Source: Patescibacteria group bacterium (GTDB lineage: Bacteria > Patescibacteriota > Microgenomatia > UBA8517). From it: DNA of 64,000 nt. How positions within the stretch are numbered: position 1 is the first letter of the stretch; every line of letters begins with the position of its first letter. The notes under the pieces are model-generated. The model was not told where the DNA came from and made no database searches. It saw only the letters and a list, made by a program, of their open reading frames with translations. Position numbers and translations under genes: made by a program. Of the stretch, positions 1 to 9,759 are shown piece by piece. The stretch lies in contig DATDRP010000003.1 of assembly GCA_035291665.1 (NCBI GenBank), positions 212,549 to 276,548 on the forward strand. Reading direction: 5' to 3'.

Positions 1-171
1 CAGCGTTGGGTACCATACGATACCCGACCAGATACCGAATAGTATCTGGCTGTGCCGCAACCGTGATCCTGAGCAAAGTCGAAGGAGAGCCGGAAAACTA
101 GCGGATCGAGATATAGAGTAAAAGAGCAGGGGGGGGTCTTCCACTCTAACTTAATTCCCGAGTCAGGAAAA

Positions 172-1011
172 ATGATAACAGAAATACGTCCGGATACAGC
201 ATCGATTGCTTATTCATCGATAATCAAAAGTAAAAATCAGGCTATCGTTGAAACTGCTTCTGCCATTTCCGAATCACATCACGAAACCGACCACTATAAC
301 TATATGGTAAAGGGTGGACGTCTTTGGTCCCCAACCGGCAAATGCTTTGTTGAAGATATCACTCTTGACGGACCGGATAGAGTTCTTTTCCAAAAGCTTC
401 AGGACTGGGGAAATAATAATTCGTCAGGGATGTCCGTTTGGATCAGTCCCCCGTTGGATTCAAAACACCCATTTACAAAAATAACAACCTACGAAATCTG
501 GAGCGGAAGAATTCTCAAAATGGTTAAAATCAATTCTACCCTGGTCGATGTCGACCCTGTCGAGATCGCAAAAAATCTTTCAATGTACTCAACTGATCCT
601 CTTGATTACGAATTTTCAGAAAATTCGCTTCGGGAAAAATTATTAATTATGCTGGACACTAAAAATGCCTCAGATCTGATTGATTCCTATACAAAACAAA
701 ACGCTTCGTTCGTAAAATACAAAAACTTTATCCAGTCATCAAAATCAATTTATGAATCTCACAATGAAGATCCCATTCGGTTTGCCGAAATGCTTGAGGC
801 GCAAATGGGAAGTTTCAGACTGGGTTGTGACACTATTTCTTTGACAAAATCGGGTATCAAATCTCTAAAGATTGAAGGTACTCTCAACCAAGGCGGTGAT
901 AAATACGGTTCTCTTGAATTTTCCTGCCCGCACTGCGGATCCACAAATACAAGACCATATAACCAACTAATCAGGAATTGTCAGCATTGCGGTGAAGATG
1001 TCAGCTGTTAA
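172..1011 (+). CDS. hypothetical protein with C-terminal CxxC-x16-CxxC zinc ribbon
   Basis: Long ORF from the track. C-terminal motif CPHCG...CQHCG visible in the translation. No recognisable family. Confidence 0.5.
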   Translation: MITEIRPDTASIAYSSIIKSKNQAIVETASAISESHHETDHYNYMVKGGRLWSPTGKCFVEDITLDGPDRVLFQKLQDWGNNNSSGMSVWISPPLDSKHPFTKITTYEIWSGRILKMVKINSTLVDVDPVEIAKNLSMYSTDPLDYEFSENSLREKLLIMLDTKNASDLIDSYTKQNASFVKYKNFIQSSKSIYESHNEDPIRFAEMLEAQMGSFRLGCDTISLTKSGIKSLKIEGTLNQGGDKYGSLEFSCPHCGSTNTRPYNQLIRNCQHCGEDVSC

Positions 1012-1022
1012 TAAGGATGTGC

Positions 1023-1376
1023 TTACAGCTTTGCCTCATTAAGCTTCAATCTGGCCTTGACCAATTTTTTGATTAAAGCGAGAGGAAGTTTTTTATCCAA
1101 GGGAAACTGAATTGTCGACTTTGCAGTTTTGTAACCTTTCAATTCCTTTATATACAGTTCGATAACCGGAGGCGGGATATAAAGACCAATGTGATTATTA
1201 AAGATTGCAAAATAGGCCAACCGTCCTTTAAAGCCAAAATAAGGCATCCTGTAACTGATTTTTTCTTCCGCGTCGGGGCAAACCTTTTTTATGGTCTTGC
1301 GGAGTTCTTTAAGCTTACGTTGGACATCTTTCGGAGCATTTGATATGTATTCGTCAACTGTTCTTACCTTTTTCAT
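1023..1376 (-). CDS. DUF1801 (YdhG-like) family protein
   Basis: 117 aa. Overall size and sequence (KVRTVDEYI...MPYFGFKGR) resemble DUF1801. Confidence 0.55.
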   Translation of the reverse strand: MKKVRTVDEYISNAPKDVQRKLKELRKTIKKVCPDAEEKISYRMPYFGFKGRLAYFAIFNNHIGLYIPPPVIELYIKELKGYKTAKSTIQFPLDKKLPLALIKKLVKARLKLNEAKL

Positions 1377-1421
1377 TGGTAAATTATATCAAATGATTTA
1401 CTTACGAAATGAAATCAGAAT

Positions 1422-2147
1422 CTATCGCAAGCTTATCCAATCATAAACAAATTTCATTCCAATAATTAAAATTGCGATCAGGACCACTTTTTTGAACTTC
1501 TCTTGGGGAATCCGTTTTATAATATGCTTTCCTGTAAAGGACCCTCCAAGTGCAATAATAAATAAAAAAGGGATATACCAAAAATACTGATTACTTAAAA
1601 ATCCGCCTGCAAAATACAAAGGGATTCTTGTTATATCAACAGCAAGAGCAATGGCTGCGGCTGTAGCGATATATCTTTCTTTAGGCAGACCGAATGCTGT
1701 TAAAAAAGCCCCCCGCAAAGCCCCTCCGGTTCCGATTAAGCCTGCCAAAAAACCCGAGAGACTTCCTCCAAGAATTGCATTATAAAACGATGGGGCTATC
1801 TTTAAACCGTTTTTGAGGAGTGATATGAAAGCAAAGGCAACAAGAAATAATCCCAATATACCTTTCAGAACATCCTGAGAAACAAAGCCTATTAATAGTG
1901 CACCAATAAGAGTAAATGCGACACTGGGTATACCAAAAATAATAAGGGTTCGTTTATCCAAACCGTGCTTAAAAAAACTGATTCTTCCCAAATTGCCAAA
2001 AAAATGAAGTAATGCCACAAGTATTAATGCTGTTTTGAAATCAAGAAAAAGCAGTGCCAGAGGAAGAAAAATCGTAGACGAGCCGAATCCTGCAATGGTT
2101 CCGACAATTTCTGATATAAATGCCGCCAGGAAGAATAACAATACCAT
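1422..2147 (-). CDS. TauE/SafE (DUF81) family membrane permease
   Basis: 241 aa polytopic membrane protein with two Gly-rich half repeats (IAGFGSSTIFLP / GLIGTGGALRGAFL) typical of TauE/SafE. Confidence 0.65.
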   Translation of the reverse strand: MVLLFFLAAFISEIVGTIAGFGSSTIFLPLALLFLDFKTALILVALLHFFGNLGRISFFKHGLDKRTLIIFGIPSVAFTLIGALLIGFVSQDVLKGILGLFLVAFAFISLLKNGLKIAPSFYNAILGGSLSGFLAGLIGTGGALRGAFLTAFGLPKERYIATAAAIALAVDITRIPLYFAGGFLSNQYFWYIPFLFIIALGGSFTGKHIIKRIPQEKFKKVVLIAILIIGMKFVYDWISLR

Positions 2148-2204
2148 TATTTTAGCCTAGCACAAATTCAAGGCTAAGAGGTTACAAAGTCCCCGAATTA
2201 ATGA

Positions 2205-2879
2205 CTACTCCCCTGACAGGATACGTGTTGATTTGGTTCCCATAATAAGCCTCAAAAACCAATTGTTTAACCTGTCCTTTGTGGGATGAAATTGCTGTAG
2301 TACCCCAAAAGATGAATCAGACATCCCTTCAGCTGCACTTGTTTCCGATTGATATGCCAGTCGGGACCAGAGTTCGCAGCTTTCTTTATTTTCCGGAAGT
2401 AAAATCAAATTTTCATCAAAACAATAAGACTTGGCTTTTTTGAAAAAATCTTCAGTAATATCAATGTTGCTGTTTGCATATTTAATTGTGTTCAAATAAT
2501 AAGTAATCACTTTGATTTGGGTTGTTTGGTCCAACTGGGCAATATAACTTACGGGTTCGGACGATTGCGTCCATACATCAGAGGAATATCTGAAGGGAGA
2601 ATATAATAAATTCACGGTTGTCCCCTCTTTGACGTAAGTATTATTTTGTTTAATTATCGAATTTGCTTGAATCATATTCATGACAATTTCATTTTCAAGT
2701 GCCTCCAACATTCTTTGTTTTTGAACATTTTCCTGAATACTCACCGTAACGATATTCACAATTAAACTGAAGACTGCTCCAAATATTAATCCGCCAATAA
2801 AATTGTCTATTTTGGTTTTTTTTAATAACCTGAACGGGAAGGTAAAAACGAGAAGAACACCACTGAAAATTTTTTTCAT
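2205..2879 (-). CDS. hypothetical membrane-anchored protein
   Basis: ORF with N-terminal hydrophobic helix. No recognisable domain. Confidence 0.4.
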   Translation of the reverse strand: MKKIFSGVLLVFTFPFRLLKKTKIDNFIGGLIFGAVFSLIVNIVTVSIQENVQKQRMLEALENEIVMNMIQANSIIKQNNTYVKEGTTVNLLYSPFRYSSDVWTQSSEPVSYIAQLDQTTQIKVITYYLNTIKYANSNIDITEDFFKKAKSYCFDENLILLPENKESCELWSRLAYQSETSAAEGMSDSSFGVLQQFHPTKDRLNNWFLRLIMGTKSTRILSGE

Positions 2880-2960
2880 ATCAATATCTTAAAAAATCCA
2901 ACGGGGCAATTTGACTGGATTCTACCACTTTCTCAGAAAACTTTCAGAATTAAGATTGAA

Positions 2961-4526
2961 TTAATCTGCTTTGGGGAGCCGAACAATAAATACCGCACCT
3001 TTTGGTGTATTGTCAGTTACTGTAATACTTCCTCCATAGCGTTCAACGGTCATCCTTACAATGTACAAGCCCAACCCGGAATGGCCGGTTTCTCCATATT
3101 TGAATCCTTCGGTGAAGAGTTTGACTTTAACATCATCCGGAATCCCCTTACCTTCATCGGCAATTTTTATGTTCACAAACTTTCCCGAAACATTAACTTC
3201 AATATTGACCACATCTGATCCCGAATGCATCTGGACATTTCCGATAATGTTATCAAAAACAGAGGTTATAGCTTCGTCAGCGACAACAGACGCGGCACCG
3301 GTTGTTGTAATTTTCATTTTAGGATAATTCTCAATTACTGTTGATATTACCTTTGACACATCGACCGGTTTCAGTTCACCGCCCGCCAAAACACTATTCT
3401 CCAAATCTCTCATTTTTTTAATGAACTCCATTCCTCTTGCAACAGCAGATTGCGAATCGCCTATAAATGTCTCAACTTGTAATTTATCCTTCATATCCTG
3501 AAACATTTCCAAATTGCCCTGTATTATTGTCAGGTCATTGAGTAAATCATGTCTAAGAAGTTTATTCAGTACTTTTAAAGTTGACGTAAGTTCGCGAATT
3601 TTTATATCTCTTGCCTTCAGTTGACTTGCCATCTGGTTAAAACCTTTTGCCAACGTTCCCAATTCGTCATGATTCTCAACACTTACTTCATAATTGAAGT
3701 TGCCTGATGCTATCTCCCGGCTTCCTTTCTGAAGCTTCGTAATTGGTATGATTAAAAGTTTTTCAGCAACAAAATACCCTAACATAATTGCAAAAATCAT
3801 ACTGAGAATCAAAGATGTATAAGTAATCAATTCTACTTTCATTATTATTCCTGAGACATGTTGATGTTGATCCTCTGATGTCTGCGTATTAAATTCAACC
3901 ATCTGGGTTATTTTGCCTCCCATCTCAGTTTTTATATTTTTAATGGCGGATAGCACTTCATCAAGCTCTGCATGCTGCTCCTCGTGCGTTTCCCCTTGTT
4001 CATGCAAACGAAGTATGCTTTTCTTTAGCTGAAAAGCACGTTCAGACTTCGCTACAAGTTTGTCAAATAAAGCATCTACTTCAACCATCAATCTTGCATT
4101 TGCTTCATCAGACTTATGAATTTTGTAAATATTATTAAACCCGTGGAGTATCCATTCGCGGTAAATTATTCCACCGTCTAATCTTTTAAAATTCTCTGAA
4201 TCACTTCCTTCAATGACGGCTTGTGCAAACATCTCAAAATTAAGAACATTTTTATTAAAGTTGGCTTCTGAGTCGCGTATAATTTGAATGTCAGTGATAT
4301 CCTCTGCACGAAATGCAGCTGATAATTCTCCGGTGACTCCTTCCAAAGCAACCAAAACCTGCTGTGTTGCCAACGAGGTCGGCATTTGGTTTTCAATATG
4401 GTCTTCAAAATTCTTTGAAACGATCGACAGATTGTAAAGAAAGATAACTCCCAGAATAAGAAGAAAACCGACAAGTCCCAAAAATATGAGTGTTAGCTCA
4501 GTTTGAATTGAGCGAAGTTTTTTCAT
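2961..4526 (-). CDS. sensor histidine kinase (two TM, HAMP, HisKA, HATPase_c)
   Basis: N-terminal TM, periplasmic region, second TM. HAMP-like linker (LAKGFNQMASQL), H-box (LLRHDLLNDL), G-boxes (DEGKGIP, GLGLYIV). Confidence 0.8.
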   Translation of the reverse strand: MKKLRSIQTELTLIFLGLVGFLLILGVIFLYNLSIVSKNFEDHIENQMPTSLATQQVLVALEGVTGELSAAFRAEDITDIQIIRDSEANFNKNVLNFEMFAQAVIEGSDSENFKRLDGGIIYREWILHGFNNIYKIHKSDEANARLMVEVDALFDKLVAKSERAFQLKKSILRLHEQGETHEEQHAELDEVLSAIKNIKTEMGGKITQMVEFNTQTSEDQHQHVSGIIMKVELITYTSLILSMIFAIMLGYFVAEKLLIIPITKLQKGSREIASGNFNYEVSVENHDELGTLAKGFNQMASQLKARDIKIRELTSTLKVLNKLLRHDLLNDLTIIQGNLEMFQDMKDKLQVETFIGDSQSAVARGMEFIKKMRDLENSVLAGGELKPVDVSKVISTVIENYPKMKITTTGAASVVADEAITSVFDNIIGNVQMHSGSDVVNIEVNVSGKFVNIKIADEGKGIPDDVKVKLFTEGFKYGETGHSGLGLYIVRMTVERYGGSITVTDNTPKGAVFIVRLPKAD

Positions 4527-5173
4527 TATAATTCCCTCTCAATTGCTCGAATGTCCATTACCGCTTTAATGATTCCTACAACTTTACCCTCGGAACCGAT
4601 TACCGGGACATAAAGTGAAACCGATTCAGATTGCGCACTCTCATCATACTCGATATCCCCGTGATAGGACTTACCGACCCCGTCAGCATACGCATCGATC
4701 CACCATTTTTCATCAGCTTGATAGTAGTCGCTTGTTTTATTGGTTTGGCCTACATTTAAGCCCTTTGAATCTGTCACGAATATTTCGGGAAATCCGGGAT
4801 TCAACTCCTGGAATTCTAATAGCTCAAAGGCAACCTTATTGGTTAGATATCCATCAACAAAACCGCCCCGATTTGTTAACCAATCTTCGTCCAGCTTTTC
4901 AATCTGTTTGGTTGTTAATGTGGCGTTTTTTATAGATTGGGATAGCGTTTCGGAAACAATAACATCATTTGTAGCCAGATTTTCGATTAGGGAAAGCTTT
5001 TTACCAACGACCTTCTCAACCTCAGGAGATAGTTCATCCAAAGTCTGCTGAATAACATTTTCATTGGCTGACCTGTTGGCATTTCTGTAAAAATATAACC
5101 CGCCAGAAACAGAAGCAAGTATTAAAACCGCTAACAACAAGCCAATACGTTCAGAAACAATTTTTCTTAACAT
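4526..5173 (-). CDS. membrane-anchored periplasmic sensor-like protein (possible accessory to the kinase)
   Basis: N-terminal signal anchor. Its stop overlaps the kinase start (ATGA). Domain family not recognised. Confidence 0.45.
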   Translation of the reverse strand: MLRKIVSERIGLLLAVLILASVSGGLYFYRNANRSANENVIQQTLDELSPEVEKVVGKKLSLIENLATNDVIVSETLSQSIKNATLTTKQIEKLDEDWLTNRGGFVDGYLTNKVAFELLEFQELNPGFPEIFVTDSKGLNVGQTNKTSDYYQADEKWWIDAYADGVGKSYHGDIEYDESAQSESVSLYVPVIGSEGKVVGIIKAVMDIRAIEREL

Positions 5174-5220
5174 GGAGACTTCATATCCAGCTTAACGAAT
5201 TAATCCGACCAAAACAATAA

Positions 5221-5273
5221 CATCTTCCCCGCACCAAAGTGCGGGGTTTTCTCCCTAAGGAAGATGTTTTTTT
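5221..5273. terminator. nested hairpin with T-tract (also the minimal member of the hairpin-repeat family)
   Basis: catcttcc-CCCCGCAC-caaa-GTGCGGGG-ttttctccctaagg-aagatg followed by T7. Lies between two minus-strand genes. Confidence 0.4.
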
Positions 5274-5438
5274 GACTAAAGTCATAAGCTTTGCTTATTT
5301 GCCTCAATTCATCCCTGCAACAAATTGAAGGGTATTCTTGAGGTCGATTAATAAGATGTTCAAAAGTTCAAATAGCGAAATTTGATTGGATTCAATCACT
5401 TTCCCTAAATTTTTTTCAAGTTAATGTAAGAAGGCGGA

Positions 5439-5954
5439 TTATTTAAGTTCTGAAAGTTTGTCGACAAATTCTTTTGGATATTTTATTGCTAATAACTCTC
5501 CTGTTTCTTTAGGACTAAACCAACCAAAGTCTATATGTTCGTCACTAATTGTAATACTCTTAATATCACCAACATTACAAATATAGGAAGAAAGAATCAA
5601 TCCGACAGTGTCGGCACCGACAGGGATTCTCACATTGTTAGACAAGACCATAGTAAACGGTGAAAAACTCGAAATTGAAGTAATACCAGTTTCTTCCCTC
5701 ACTTCTCTTTTAAGAGTGTCTTCAATGTTGCTATTTTTGTGAATCCTTCCACCCGGAATGTCCCAATAGGGTTCACCGGAATACTTTTTCAGTTTTTTGG
5801 GGTTAACCTTCAAAAGAAGAATTCTACCTTCACTGTTTCTGATTATTGCTTTTATCCCTAAATGAAAAATATCCTCCATACGATTAAATTGTAACAAAAG
5901 TTTGATGTTAAATGTTGGTTTTACCAATACTGAAACTAATAAGTCATTAATCAC
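5439..5954 (-). CDS. NUDIX hydrolase
   Basis: Nudix box GGRIHKNSNIEDTLKREVREETGI (Gx5Ex7REVxEETGI). Confidence 0.75.
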   Translation of the reverse strand: MINDLLVSVLVKPTFNIKLLLQFNRMEDIFHLGIKAIIRNSEGRILLLKVNPKKLKKYSGEPYWDIPGGRIHKNSNIEDTLKREVREETGITSISSFSPFTMVLSNNVRIPVGADTVGLILSSYICNVGDIKSITISDEHIDFGWFSPKETGELLAIKYPKEFVDKLSELK

Positions 5955-5970
5955 ACCAGTTGCGATTTAG

Positions 5971-6534
5971 TTATTTACTCCTCCCAAGCCATCGATTAAA
6001 GGCGTCGTTGAAAGGTGTTACCCTTTGGACTCCAAATGACTTCCTGACAATACTTAACGACTTACCAAGTAAAAGTCTTGCTTGGAAAGCTTTAAGGTCC
6101 TGTCTATAGAGATTCTTTACCGACACTCCAATTTCGGTTGAGTTTTCCCCATCCCAATAATCTCTTGTAAACCCTTCGGGCATACATTCATCCCACGTAG
6201 CATCTACAACACTTTCGTTTCCACCCAGGCTTGCATACAAAAATAAATGGGAATCTATCGGATCTTTCAGTAAAGCTGTAATCTCTTCCGGAATCGGTAA
6301 TTCTCTCCAATTAAAGGTGGCTATACCCAAGGAAACCTTGTACCCCAAAGGTAGTAATTTAGCAGCAAGATATAAGTGTTTTCTCGTGCAGTTTCCCTTA
6401 TTTTCTACCAAAAGTTTTTTAGGGTTTCCATCAAGTCCTAAGACATAAGGAATGTTTTTAACTCTGGAAAAAACAGATTTGGCTTCATAGATTACCTCCT
6501 CCCAATCTTTACCTCCTCGAGATTCGCCTGTCAT
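5971..6534 (-). CDS. transglutaminase-like cysteine peptidase superfamily protein
   Basis: GNCTRKHLYLAAKLLPLGYKVSLGIATF matches the G-C-...-R-x-G-I-P-A-R catalytic Cys region. Downstream His (DSHLF) and Asp (VVDAT). Confidence 0.5.
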   Translation of the reverse strand: MTGESRGGKDWEEVIYEAKSVFSRVKNIPYVLGLDGNPKKLLVENKGNCTRKHLYLAAKLLPLGYKVSLGIATFNWRELPIPEEITALLKDPIDSHLFLYASLGGNESVVDATWDECMPEGFTRDYWDGENSTEIGVSVKNLYRQDLKAFQARLLLGKSLSIVRKSFGVQRVTPFNDAFNRWLGRSK

Positions 6535-6565
6535 GCGCCGTATTATATTATATATAAAGTGTTAT

Positions 6566-6678
6566 GACATCCTCCCCCGAGTCTGACTCGGGGGTTTCCC
6601 TAAGGAGGGGGACATATCTGAGTTCAATTCATCTACGTTCATGTAAACTTAACGTAGTTTTCTTGAAATCTGTTATAA
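6566..6678. repeat. structured intergenic repeat element (hairpin-repeat family, full-length copy)
   Basis: Perfect palindrome CCCCCGAGTC-T-GACTCGGGGG at 6574-6594. Outer pairing catcctcc...ggaggggga. Second hairpin ctacgtt...aacgtag. Conserved tail ttcttgaaatctgttataa. Related copies at 11443-11492, 33060-33265, 42173-42290 and 5221-5266. Confidence 0.7.
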
Positions 6679-6689
6679 TTTTGCCAAAC

Positions 6690-6989
6690 ATGCAAGAGCA
6701 AAAGATAATTGGATTAGACAATTCAGTTCTCGAAGAAATTATTAGGGGCGGAGGCGGATTTGCACGGCAAGCATTAGAAGAACTTTCGGGAAGGGCAATG
6801 GGTGGAAACCCCGATGCACGAAGCCTAGTTATGAAAATAGACAACGAAGTAAGTTCAGGTCATTTAACATTACCGACCGAAGAGGTAAAACCTGAAAACA
6901 ATACTATAAGTTTGAAAGATCGACTCAAAAGTGCATTTAACCGGCAGGGTAAATTACAGCATTTTCTACCTCCAGATAGAGATCCCTGA
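6690..6989 (+). CDS. hypothetical protein
   Basis: ORF trimmed to the internal ATG at 6690, because the upstream part of the track ORF is the repeat element. Confidence 0.35.
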   Translation: MQEQKIIGLDNSVLEEIIRGGGGFARQALEELSGRAMGGNPDARSLVMKIDNEVSSGHLTLPTEEVKPENNTISLKDRLKSAFNRQGKLQHFLPPDRDP

Positions 6990-7058
6990 AAAGCCCTTGA
7001 TTTTTGTACGTAAAAGTAGTTCGAAAAATCCTATTAACGCGATATAGTAAAATAACGT

Positions 7059-7982
7059 ATGACGCAGACGGTTCTTGACGTTGAAAATTTCCTAAAAAAG
7101 CATACCGGTGTGGCAATTTCCGGTGTTACCCCCATCGGTAAAGGCGAATGGTCTTCTGCCTACTCATATCAACAAAATGGTTTTGGTAAAGTGATTCGTT
7201 TCAGCCGCTTCGAAGAAGATTACAAAAAGGATCGGTTTGCATCAGGCCTTTCCTCCCAAAAGCTTCCCATTCCCCCGATTGAAGAAATCGGTCAGGCTTT
7301 TAACAATTCCTTTGCCATTTCACCTCGGGTCGAAGGAAAAATGATCGACGAGCTTACTCCTTTCGAAATACAAAAAGTCATACCCGCATTTCTGGAGCTA
7401 CTTGACTCTCTTCGCTCGGCTGATGTTTCAAAAACAACAGGTTTCGGAAGTTGGGACGGAAACGGACAAGGTACAAAAAAATGCTGGAATGAATTCATCT
7501 TAGGTATTGCCTCTGACAAACCCTCTAATCGAATTGCCGGATGGAAGGAAAAACTGGCCAAGAATAAAAATACCTACAAAATATATTCTTTGGCATATGA
7601 CCGGTTAACAAATCTTATTTCATACTGTCCAAACGAAAGGTATTTGGTTCACAACGATCTTCTTCATACAAATCTAATTGTGAATGACAATAAAATTGCT
7701 GCAGTAATTGACTGGGGCTGCGCTTTATACGGTGACTTCCTCTACGATCTGGCAATGTATACCTTATGGCAATTCTATTATCCATCCATGGCTAAAATTG
7801 ACTTTAAGAATAAAGCAAAAAATTACTTCAAGGACGCTGGAGCTGACCTTCGGAATTTTGATCAGCGTTTAAAGTGTTACGAATTGCACCTTGCCCTTGA
7901 TTCAATCGCCTATAACTCATTTAAAGAGAATAGGAAGAATGTGGATCTGACTATCGGTAGAATTAAAGAAATATTGGCATAG
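7059..7982 (+). CDS. aminoglycoside/choline-kinase-type phosphotransferase (APH family)
   Basis: Catalytic loop HNDLLHTNLIV (HxDxxxxN). Metal-binding IDWG...D segment. Size ~300 aa. Confidence 0.7.
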   Translation: MTQTVLDVENFLKKHTGVAISGVTPIGKGEWSSAYSYQQNGFGKVIRFSRFEEDYKKDRFASGLSSQKLPIPPIEEIGQAFNNSFAISPRVEGKMIDELTPFEIQKVIPAFLELLDSLRSADVSKTTGFGSWDGNGQGTKKCWNEFILGIASDKPSNRIAGWKEKLAKNKNTYKIYSLAYDRLTNLISYCPNERYLVHNDLLHTNLIVNDNKIAAVIDWGCALYGDFLYDLAMYTLWQFYYPSMAKIDFKNKAKNYFKDAGADLRNFDQRLKCYELHLALDSIAYNSFKENRKNVDLTIGRIKEILA

Positions 7983-8050
7983 AACTGTTATGTTCATATT
8001 TTATGGGTTAACCAAATGTTGCGTCGATTATAGTATTTAACATTGATGTT

Positions 8051-9004
8051 TTATTGATTTTCGGTATCTTTGCTTTTTACTATATTTGGATTTGGATATT
8101 TTACTTGCATTTTTGCATCCATTTCTTTAAACCCTGTAAGGTCAAAAATATGTGCTGGTCTTCCGTCAACTGAGAGGTAGTCTTTGGCAAAAAAACCCTG
8201 ATCAGATCGGCAATTTAATGGATGAGTATCTCGGTATTTTCTGGTGATGATCAAATCTCCACGATTTTTGACCCCTCTTGCCTGGTATTTAGTAAAAACA
8301 TTGTCAGGCATGGCCGCAAAATATGAGATATAGCCAATCTTTTTGACACCTTGCTCAATAATATCGGTCTGGATGGCAAGGTCAAAAGATTGATTGGCCA
8401 ATACCAAACCAATTAATTCTCCTGCTTTAACTTTGCCCTTATTCACATTAGGAGCTCTTTGAACATGCTGAAATTCGATAGAAATATTTGGATAAGCACT
8501 GGGGGCTACTCTTAGCTCCTGGTTATAAGAAACCCCCGAGTCATCAAAATCCAGAAAGCCGTCAACTGGTGTAAAAATTTTGACATCATTCTCCAGCGTG
8601 GGTGTAGGAAAATTTTCTATGCTCAACCCTTCATATTTATAGTTTGGCTGTTTATCATCATACGTACTGAAATAGTGCTTCATGCTCCGACATGTTTCCC
8701 CGCTTAGATAAGAATAATCATGACCCATCCCGGAACGGAATTTTGAGATACTATAAACTTTGTCGAGCTCTACAAAATCTGTCTGGATAAATTTTGAGGG
8801 ATTATCGGGGTCGATGGGTGGTTCTTCATCTACCGTTTTTTCAGCTTCTTGGAACTTTTCCTGTTTAAGTTGAGCAATATCTTTTACGATCCCTTTCAAG
8901 ACGAAAAGGAAAAAAATGAGGAGGGGAATCAGGATAACTATAAGTATCCACCTGTTATTTGGCTTCGATGGATTTTGTCTATTGGTAGTAGAAACATTCT
9001 TCAT
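8051..9004 (-). CDS. hypothetical membrane-anchored secreted protein (paralog family with 17248-18303 and 24763-25602)
   Basis: Start placed at the internal Met before the signal anchor (RWILIVILIPLLIFFLFVL). The track ORF extends to 9100. Confidence 0.4.
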   Translation of the reverse strand: MKNVSTTNRQNPSKPNNRWILIVILIPLLIFFLFVLKGIVKDIAQLKQEKFQEAEKTVDEEPPIDPDNPSKFIQTDFVELDKVYSISKFRSGMGHDYSYLSGETCRSMKHYFSTYDDKQPNYKYEGLSIENFPTPTLENDVKIFTPVDGFLDFDDSGVSYNQELRVAPSAYPNISIEFQHVQRAPNVNKGKVKAGELIGLVLANQSFDLAIQTDIIEQGVKKIGYISYFAAMPDNVFTKYQARGVKNRGDLIITRKYRDTHPLNCRSDQGFFAKDYLSVDGRPAHIFDLTGFKEMDAKMQVKYPNPNIVKSKDTENQ

Positions 9005-9189
9005 TAAATCAAGTATTACATACTCAGAAAGGTTGCTCAAACAATACACTCGAAGGGTGGTCAGACCCTGCCACTCTGGAAAATATGCAAAATTGAACAC
9101 ATATTTCGAGTACTATCAGGATCGCTTATTGCCCTACCCTTATGAATTTGAAAAACGAACGAGGAGGAAGGATTTATAACTATATAGGA

Positions 9190-9591
9190 TTATGTACGAT
9201 CAACATCCCCTGACAAAATTAGATTTCCGTAAGAAAAACCTTCGATTGTTGATGCGGTAGCGGCCACGAGCATTGACCATCTTTGGATTTCCGATTTTTC
9301 TGGAAATATAGTCCCCTTGGATTCCAGAATATTTTGTATTGTTGTGTCGGTTGGCGCATCAAAGTTCCATTTTTTTTCGCCTTCTTCCAGCCTGTCTACA
9401 ATCAGCTTCCTTAGTTCGGCATTTCCCAAGATATTTAGTAAAATTTCTCTGTTTTTTTCAACAGGTGAAATCCTGCTAAATTGTCTGTCTGCACAAACAA
9501 GGAGTTGTTTAAATCGTTTACCCCAATCTTTTCCATGCGATTCCGCCAAATGTTGAAGCTGTATCGGATGAGTTAAATTTTCCACGAGCAT
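9190..9591 (-). CDS. hypothetical protein
   Basis: 133-aa ORF. No family recognised. Confidence 0.35.
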   Translation of the reverse strand: MLVENLTHPIQLQHLAESHGKDWGKRFKQLLVCADRQFSRISPVEKNREILLNILGNAELRKLIVDRLEEGEKKWNFDAPTDTTIQNILESKGTIFPEKSEIQRWSMLVAATASTIEGFSYGNLILSGDVDRT

Positions 9592-9759
9592 ATTATATCA
9601 GGAGTTGAAGAATATTTTTATTGGCACAAGGATCGTAAGGTTAATATAACCACACAATTGACTTCAATTACCAATGCCTTTTCAGATTTTAGACTTGCGT
9701 TAGTCCTGAACGAAGTCGAAGGATGGCTCAAATCAGAGAAGATATTGAATAAGTATGAA

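Noticed and set aside
759-944. 61-aa minus-strand ORF inside the 172-1011 gene
   Set aside because: Fully antisense to a longer, better-supported ORF. No start context. Typical spurious ORF.
3061-5051. Plus-strand ORFs 3061-3327, 4615-4935, 4740-5051 and minus ORF 4178-4474
   Set aside because: All lie antisense or in alternative frames within the histidine kinase and its partner gene. Low-complexity translations.
6662-6680. TTGAAA ... TATAAT resembling sigma-70 -35/-10 hexamers at the tail of the hairpin repeat
   Set aside because: Spacer is only 5 nt (TTGAAAtctgtTATAAT), incompatible with a 16-18 nt sigma-70 spacer. Treated as a conserved repeat module, not a promoter.
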